The notes below the pieces were generated by a model, which saw nothing but the letters and a program-made list of their open reading frames with translations, ran no database searches and was not told the origin of the DNA. This document shows positions 57,137-61,943 of a stretch of 61,943 nucleotides of DNA, in pieces (position 1 is the stretch's first letter; every line of letters starts with the position of its first letter). The DNA is from Thermoplasmata archaeon (GTDB lineage Archaea; Thermoplasmatota; Thermoplasmata; RBG-16-68-12; JAFNFQ01): contig JBGPQV010000016.1 in NCBI GenBank assembly GCA_041489255.1, positions 1 to 61,943 of the forward strand. Reading direction: 5' to 3'. A program made the position numbers and the translations under genes.

Positions 57137-58483
57137 ATGGCAGTCCTGCCGTTGGAGACGCTGCAGTCGCCTGCAGGAGTGATGGATGTCATCGTCTACC
57201 TGGCAGGCCGCGAATGCGAATACGCCACGAAGGCCAGTTCAGAAATGAAGATGCATCGCACGAGGTTCTACGCCTGCATAAAGAAGCTCCTCCACCTCCG
57301 GCTTGCCTTCGAGAGGAAGGAGAAGGGCTTCCCGCCTCGAACCTATTACGGCTTGACAAGCAAAGGGAGGGAATGGGCGGAACGACTTCAGAAGCTGGTG
57401 CCGCTGGTGAAGGAGAGCGTGGAGAAGCTCAGGAAGGAATTGGAGGAGCTGGAGAGAGCCGAGATGTCAAAGAAGAACGTCAAAAGGCAAATTGAGATTA
57501 TCGAGATGTTTCTCGAGGAGAGTTACCACAGAGGCGAATGGGACGAGGCTCTGAAGCTTGCCGAGAGGATCGGGCTCTTGGCGTCTGAAATCAGGGACAA
57601 GGCTAGGGCACCTTCGTCAGAGCTCTGGATCGGGAAGGTGCTTCAGAAGAAGAACGACGACGCCTGCATGGCCCATCTCGACGCGGCGTATCGAGATGGG
57701 CTGAGCACCGGCCAACTGGATGTGGCGGCAGAAGCGGCCTACATGCGCGGCTGTTATCTGGAACGCAGGACTTCGTTTGGGAAGGCGGAAAAGGAATTCC
57801 GTGTCTGTGAGGATTTGGCCAAGAAAGCGAAATCCAATCTGAATCTTGGGCGGGCCCGACTGGGGAGGGGCAGAGTGCTTGTAGAGAAGGGGCTGCATAG
57901 CAGGGCGAAGGAGAAGCTCCGCGAGGCGCTGAGCTTGTTGGAGGGTGAGGGCGATGTCGAGGAGCTTCAGTCCGTGTATGCGAATATGGGCGCGGCGTCA
58001 TTCAACGAGGACGCGAAGGAAGCGCTCGAATGGCATGAGAAAGCGGTCCGGGCTTGCGAGCTCGGAGGGTTCATTCGCCTCCTTTCATTCGAGCTGCTGA
58101 ATGCAGCCGGATGCCTTCAGAAACTCGGCGACTCGAGGCAAGCAAAGCGGTTCATGAAGAGGGCGGAGGACCTTGCGGAGGAGATCGACGACCCCAAGCT
58201 GAGCGCTAGCGTCTTCATACAGTCTGCCTACATCAAGTCAGGAATAGGGGAGCTTGACGATGCTGAGGAAGTTGTCCGCAAGGCGATCGAAGTTGCCAAG
58301 AAGAACAAGATGATGCGCGAGCTGGCCAACGCATACTACCTGCTCGGAGACATACTGCGCGAACTGAGGCGGGAGAAGGAGGCAACGCGTGCTCTTGAGG
58401 ATGCCCTCGCCCTCTTCAGGCGGTTGAAGGACGAAGGAATGACCCAGCGCCTCGTCTCAGAGCTGGCAAATCTCAGGAAATGA
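57137..58483 (+). CDS. Winged-HTH plus TPR transcriptional regulator
   Basis: HxlR-like wing PPRTYYGLTSKGRE, followed by about 8 MalT/RRNPP-like TPR helix pairs. Confidence 0.85.
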   Translation: MAVLPLETLQSPAGVMDVIVYLAGRECEYATKASSEMKMHRTRFYACIKKLLHLRLAFERKEKGFPPRTYYGLTSKGREWAERLQKLVPLVKESVEKLRKELEELERAEMSKKNVKRQIEIIEMFLEESYHRGEWDEALKLAERIGLLASEIRDKARAPSSELWIGKVLQKKNDDACMAHLDAAYRDGLSTGQLDVAAEAAYMRGCYLERRTSFGKAEKEFRVCEDLAKKAKSNLNLGRARLGRGRVLVEKGLHSRAKEKLREALSLLEGEGDVEELQSVYANMGAASFNEDAKEALEWHEKAVRACELGGFIRLLSFELLNAAGCLQKLGDSRQAKRFMKRAEDLAEEIDDPKLSASVFIQSAYIKSGIGELDDAEEVVRKAIEVAKKNKMMRELANAYYLLGDILRELRREKEATRALEDALALFRRLKDEGMTQRLVSELANLRK

Positions 58484-58796
58484 ACCAGAAGACGACTCCG
58501 TCCGGTGTTGCCTGGAAACCGGGGAACTTGAAGACTATCTCGTCCCCCGATGACGGAAACATCGGGAACACAGCAGACTCTCCTGATGCACCGCTTCCCT
58601 GAGGGATGATCACGAGCCCGCGAGGATAGTCGGAGCGGCGGATTACTATGTCGCCCTCTACTGCCCGGTGTTCAAGAGGGAGATTCCTCGTGCTCCTGTC
58701 GTCGAACGGAGGCTCGGGCGTCACATTCGCAGTCCCGTTCTCTGTCCATGCTTGATCTGGCGTCACTCTCGCTCTGTAATCCGTCATTTCGCTCAT
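58473..58796 (-). CDS. Hypothetical protein
   Basis: 107-aa ORF of plausible composition; no recognisable motif. Confidence 0.3.
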   Translation of the reverse strand: MSEMTDYRARVTPDQAWTENGTANVTPEPPFDDRSTRNLPLEHRAVEGDIVIRRSDYPRGLVIIPQGSGASGESAVFPMFPSSGDEIVFKFPGFQATPDGVVFWFIS

Positions 58797-59046
58797 CTGT
58801 TGTCTTGACTGCCGCGGTCATATTTGTAGGCTGTGGTGCGATTGTCCACGAATCTGTACAATCGTGCCAGGCACGAACTCCCATGGGGGACAACAAGGAG
58901 GCGCTCACCTGCGCCCCTCGGGAAACGAGAGGACAAAAGGGACGTCGGCAATCGAGGTGAAACCGCCTGCGACTGTTTCTTCCACAGTTTTCGAGAACAG
59001 CCCAGACGCAACGATTTCACGATGACCGACGCCACTCCGAACGTCC

Positions 59047-61605
59047 TCAGCACTGCCCTTCGGGGACGACCAAGGCCGAAGAGTGTCCCGACACCGACTC
59101 TAGGATGAACGCTTGTTCCCCTTCCGAGAAAGCCCATTGGAGAATGTCTGCCGGGACGAAGTCGATCTGGACGTACTCGCCGCCTCGAGACGGGTAGTAC
59201 ATATAATCGACTTCGCGGATCGAGCCGGAAACGGAGTCCAGGAAGAGGGTCCACCGCCACACGAGCGCGGTACTGGTCATGGAGAGTTGACCAACGTCGG
59301 TACCCCAGTCGGGAAATCCTTGCACGGTGCTATTGCGGGCTTGTCCAAACAGGTCCACGCCCCGGTACGGGTAGCTCGCTGAGACGGAGATTGGCGACGG
59401 CAACAAGGGAGGACGGATGGGAGCATCACTCATCACGAGGCTGCATCTGTTGTGGAGGAGCCCCAGCGCGTGCCCGAATTCGTGCCAAAGGACATACAGA
59501 ATCCAGAGCGGATTCGTCGGCAGCTGGACCGGGATAAAGATGACGGCGCCGAAATCGCTAACACCGCCGAAGCCCAGGCCCTTTCCCGATCGGAAGATGA
59601 TATGAAATGACTCAGGGAACCCCTGCCCCATGAGAAAGGTGTCGTGCGCGCGGGGGCCCGGCGGCGCCCAATCGCGGGGATCGCCTCTTTCGTACTCGTC
59701 GCGGCCGTCATCGGGCATCGCGTGATACACGATCTTGCTCGGGTGGAATCCGACCAGCTTCTCGGCCTGAAACAGGAATAGCGGGATCGACCCACGTACA
59801 ATGGGCTCGGGCACGCCTTCCTCGTACCAGATGTGGAGGTTGACCGGATGTCGCGCATAGTAGTACCCGACTGGTCTCCCGTCCAAGAGTCCACTGGCGG
59901 TCGAGCCCACGAGGAGCATGCCTAGGAGCAGTGCTATGATCTTCGGTTCCACTGCGTGCGATGCGCGGTCCTTTCCTGAGGCGTCCTCCCCAGAAGATTT
60001 CCCTGGGATGGCAACAATCCGGAAGACGAGGGTCAACCCAATGGCCCATATCGTCGCGAAGACGGTCAGCCGGGTGGACTCCGGCTCGACGAGCCAAGTC
60101 TCCGAGGTGGCGGGAAGGACGGGGCCAGGGAACTCCCCGCCGGTCGAAATCAGCTTGGCCCCCTCCGCCTCCAAGTGCACGGGAAACGGCACCGACGGAC
60201 CTCGGTAGGAGAAATCGGTAGAGGACCAGCGATAGGTCAGCAACGTGGCTTCCAGGACAGCTAAGTCGCCCCCGACCTGGCTGTCGACGCCGCCTCGCGA
60301 AACCTCGGAACTCTCCTCCACGTGAACCCGTGAACTCGCTTGCCGGAAGGCGATTGAAGCGGGACCATAGAGGGAGATTGAGGAACCATAGGAAAGGTAC
60401 ATCGACATCTCGACGATCCCGAATTCGTGGAGCTGGATAATCACGCTTTCGTTGAACCAACGCTCGAGCCCTCCAACGTAGAACGCGACGTGGGAGCAGG
60501 CCAAGTAGACGGTTGACCGGGGACCCGCGGAGGAAAATGAGAAGGATCCGGTTAGCAGAGAGCCCTGCGTCGCATCGAACGTCACGTTGACTCCCATGCT
60601 CCGACCCGCGCGCAAAAGTGATGACAGGTTCGCTGCTTCCACATCCCCCTGATAAGACGAAGCCGAGGTCCCGACTCGTGTGCAGCTCGGAAGGGAAGCG
60701 TAGGCGAAATAGAACTGACTCGTGGCTGCCGAAAAGGCGAGGGACGTCTGATTCCAGACCGTCACGTTCACCATGCCGCCGCGCGGATCGACGTTGAAGC
60801 CCGACAGCGTTCCCTCCCCCGCATACCAATTAAGTACCGAAGGGTCAAGGTCCGAGGCGAGGTCGACCGGGTTCGCAACGTGCACCCCGCGTCCGAAGAC
60901 GCGTCCCTCGAAGGGGTCTGGGACGGCGAGGGAGCTGGAGTAGTCAGCGCTCAACCAGGTCTTTTCGGAGGCAAGCACGGTCGGTGACAGGACAGCCGTA
61001 ATCGTGATGATGCACACTGCCAAGAGAAGCTTCGCCGAGGCAGGCACACTCGGATGCTTCTTGTCGCGCTCTTTGCCTTCTTCCGGCTTGTCGGGAGCCC
61101 GATTGAACAGTAGGACGAGTCCGACATACGCGGCGGCGGCGAGCAACAGCAGTGATTGAATCAAGGCGAACAGCACGAAGCCGATGAAGAGGGCGAGGAA
61201 GAACGCGTGCAGCACGACCGCCCGCTGCCAGTCCTTGCGTGGGGGACCTTCACTGGCCCGGGGCACGCCTGCTGACACGGTTGCGAGGAGGAAGTGAGCT
61301 CCGCAAGTGAGAAGCACGCCGACGAGCGAACTCCCCAAGAGTCCATCTCTCAGATAGGGGTAGACTTCCCACAGCGACTGGTTTTCGGCCATCGACAGCA
61401 GAGCGAAGTAGAGTGCTCCCACGGCGACTCCGATCAAGATTTTCACGGCGAGCAGGATGCTGTGGTGTTTCTCGCGCCTCAACAGCCTCGCGAGCAGAGT
61501 AAACTCCCGCGTTCCGGGTCCAAGCTGCCGCAGATGGCGAATCCCAAGGTAGTCGGCGAGCTGTACTCCCACGGCGCTGGTGAAGACAACAACTGTGGTG
61601 TCCAC
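59047..61605 (-). CDS. Polytopic membrane protein with a C-terminal metzincin protease domain
   Basis: Many TM segments; HEFGHALGLLH (HEXXHXXGXXH) followed by a Met-turn (LVMS). Confidence 0.7.
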   Translation of the reverse strand: MDTTVVVFTSAVGVQLADYLGIRHLRQLGPGTREFTLLARLLRREKHHSILLAVKILIGVAVGALYFALLSMAENQSLWEVYPYLRDGLLGSSLVGVLLTCGAHFLLATVSAGVPRASEGPPRKDWQRAVVLHAFFLALFIGFVLFALIQSLLLLAAAAYVGLVLLFNRAPDKPEEGKERDKKHPSVPASAKLLLAVCIITITAVLSPTVLASEKTWLSADYSSSLAVPDPFEGRVFGRGVHVANPVDLASDLDPSVLNWYAGEGTLSGFNVDPRGGMVNVTVWNQTSLAFSAATSQFYFAYASLPSCTRVGTSASSYQGDVEAANLSSLLRAGRSMGVNVTFDATQGSLLTGSFSFSSAGPRSTVYLACSHVAFYVGGLERWFNESVIIQLHEFGIVEMSMYLSYGSSISLYGPASIAFRQASSRVHVEESSEVSRGGVDSQVGGDLAVLEATLLTYRWSSTDFSYRGPSVPFPVHLEAEGAKLISTGGEFPGPVLPATSETWLVEPESTRLTVFATIWAIGLTLVFRIVAIPGKSSGEDASGKDRASHAVEPKIIALLLGMLLVGSTASGLLDGRPVGYYYARHPVNLHIWYEEGVPEPIVRGSIPLFLFQAEKLVGFHPSKIVYHAMPDDGRDEYERGDPRDWAPPGPRAHDTFLMGQGFPESFHIIFRSGKGLGFGGVSDFGAVIFIPVQLPTNPLWILYVLWHEFGHALGLLHNRCSLVMSDAPIRPPLLPSPISVSASYPYRGVDLFGQARNSTVQGFPDWGTDVGQLSMTSTALVWRWTLFLDSVSGSIREVDYMYYPSRGGEYVQIDFVPADILQWAFSEGEQAFILESVSGHSSALVVPEGQC

Positions 61606-61850
61606 GCACCCGGCAGGGCTGCAGCACCCTCTTAAGCCTAAGTACCGGGGGGATGTATGTGTTCAGTCTGGGCGAGACAGGCGTCCATTCACGCCGCAAT
61701 CACGATTCGAGCTGGTTCGTGAGCTGGGCGAATCGCTGCTGTCGCATCCCGCGACTGCCGCAGAAACTTCCAGACAAACCGGGGACCCTCGGCTGACCCC
61801 GTGTGTAGCGTTTCATGCGACTTAATCGCCATTTTTGCGACAGGGATTCG

Positions 61851-61943
61851 TTAATATCTAACAGGGTGCGAGCTTATGTCCTCTCGCGTACCCCTTGCGA
61901 GCTCGTTCAGGTAGATCGTCGTCATCTTCATTGAGCGGTATCC
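61851..61943 (-). CDS. Partial CDS, possible tyrosine recombinase C-terminus
   Basis: Hand translation GYRSMKMTTIYLNELARGTREDISSHPVRY* resembles box II G(H/W)xSxxxTxxY. Confidence 0.4.
   Translation of the reverse strand, partial: GYRSMKMTTIYLNELARGTREDISSHPVRY

Overview
GC-rich archaeal DNA, probably an uncultured Thermoplasmata (Thermoplasmatota) lineage; this is inferred from gene content. 1-1 kb: two apparently non-coding tracts phased at 21 bp, then an orphan PKD fragment. 1.5-25.4 kb: mostly housekeeping genes, including glyS, rnp4, an ABC-2 exporter, rps17e, an exosome run (rrp4-rrp41-rrp42-rpl37Ae-rpoP-pcc1-pfdB) continuing into DUF106-cmk-cbf5, valS, a Rab-like GTPase and one 1.6-kaa surface protein. 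25.4-32.8 kb: lower-GC accessory island with HTH, tandem RHH-like, coiled-coil, PD-(D/E)XK-like, GNAT and SIR2 genes. 32.8-58.5 kb: a cell-surface locus. It holds three modular secreted proteins sharing a C-terminal three-helix 'NYKP' membrane anchor that I do not recognise. It also holds a ~2980-aa secreted protein whose hydrophobic tip and overlapping 2-TM partner gene form a low-GC cassette (candidate polymorphic toxin/immunity pair). A wHTH-TPR regulator with a dyad operator faces a secreted beta-propeller. The window ends with a polytopic metzincin and a possible tyrosine recombinase C-terminus. No rRNA, tRNA or CRISPR array was found. All calls come from reading motifs by eye; no database searches were run.
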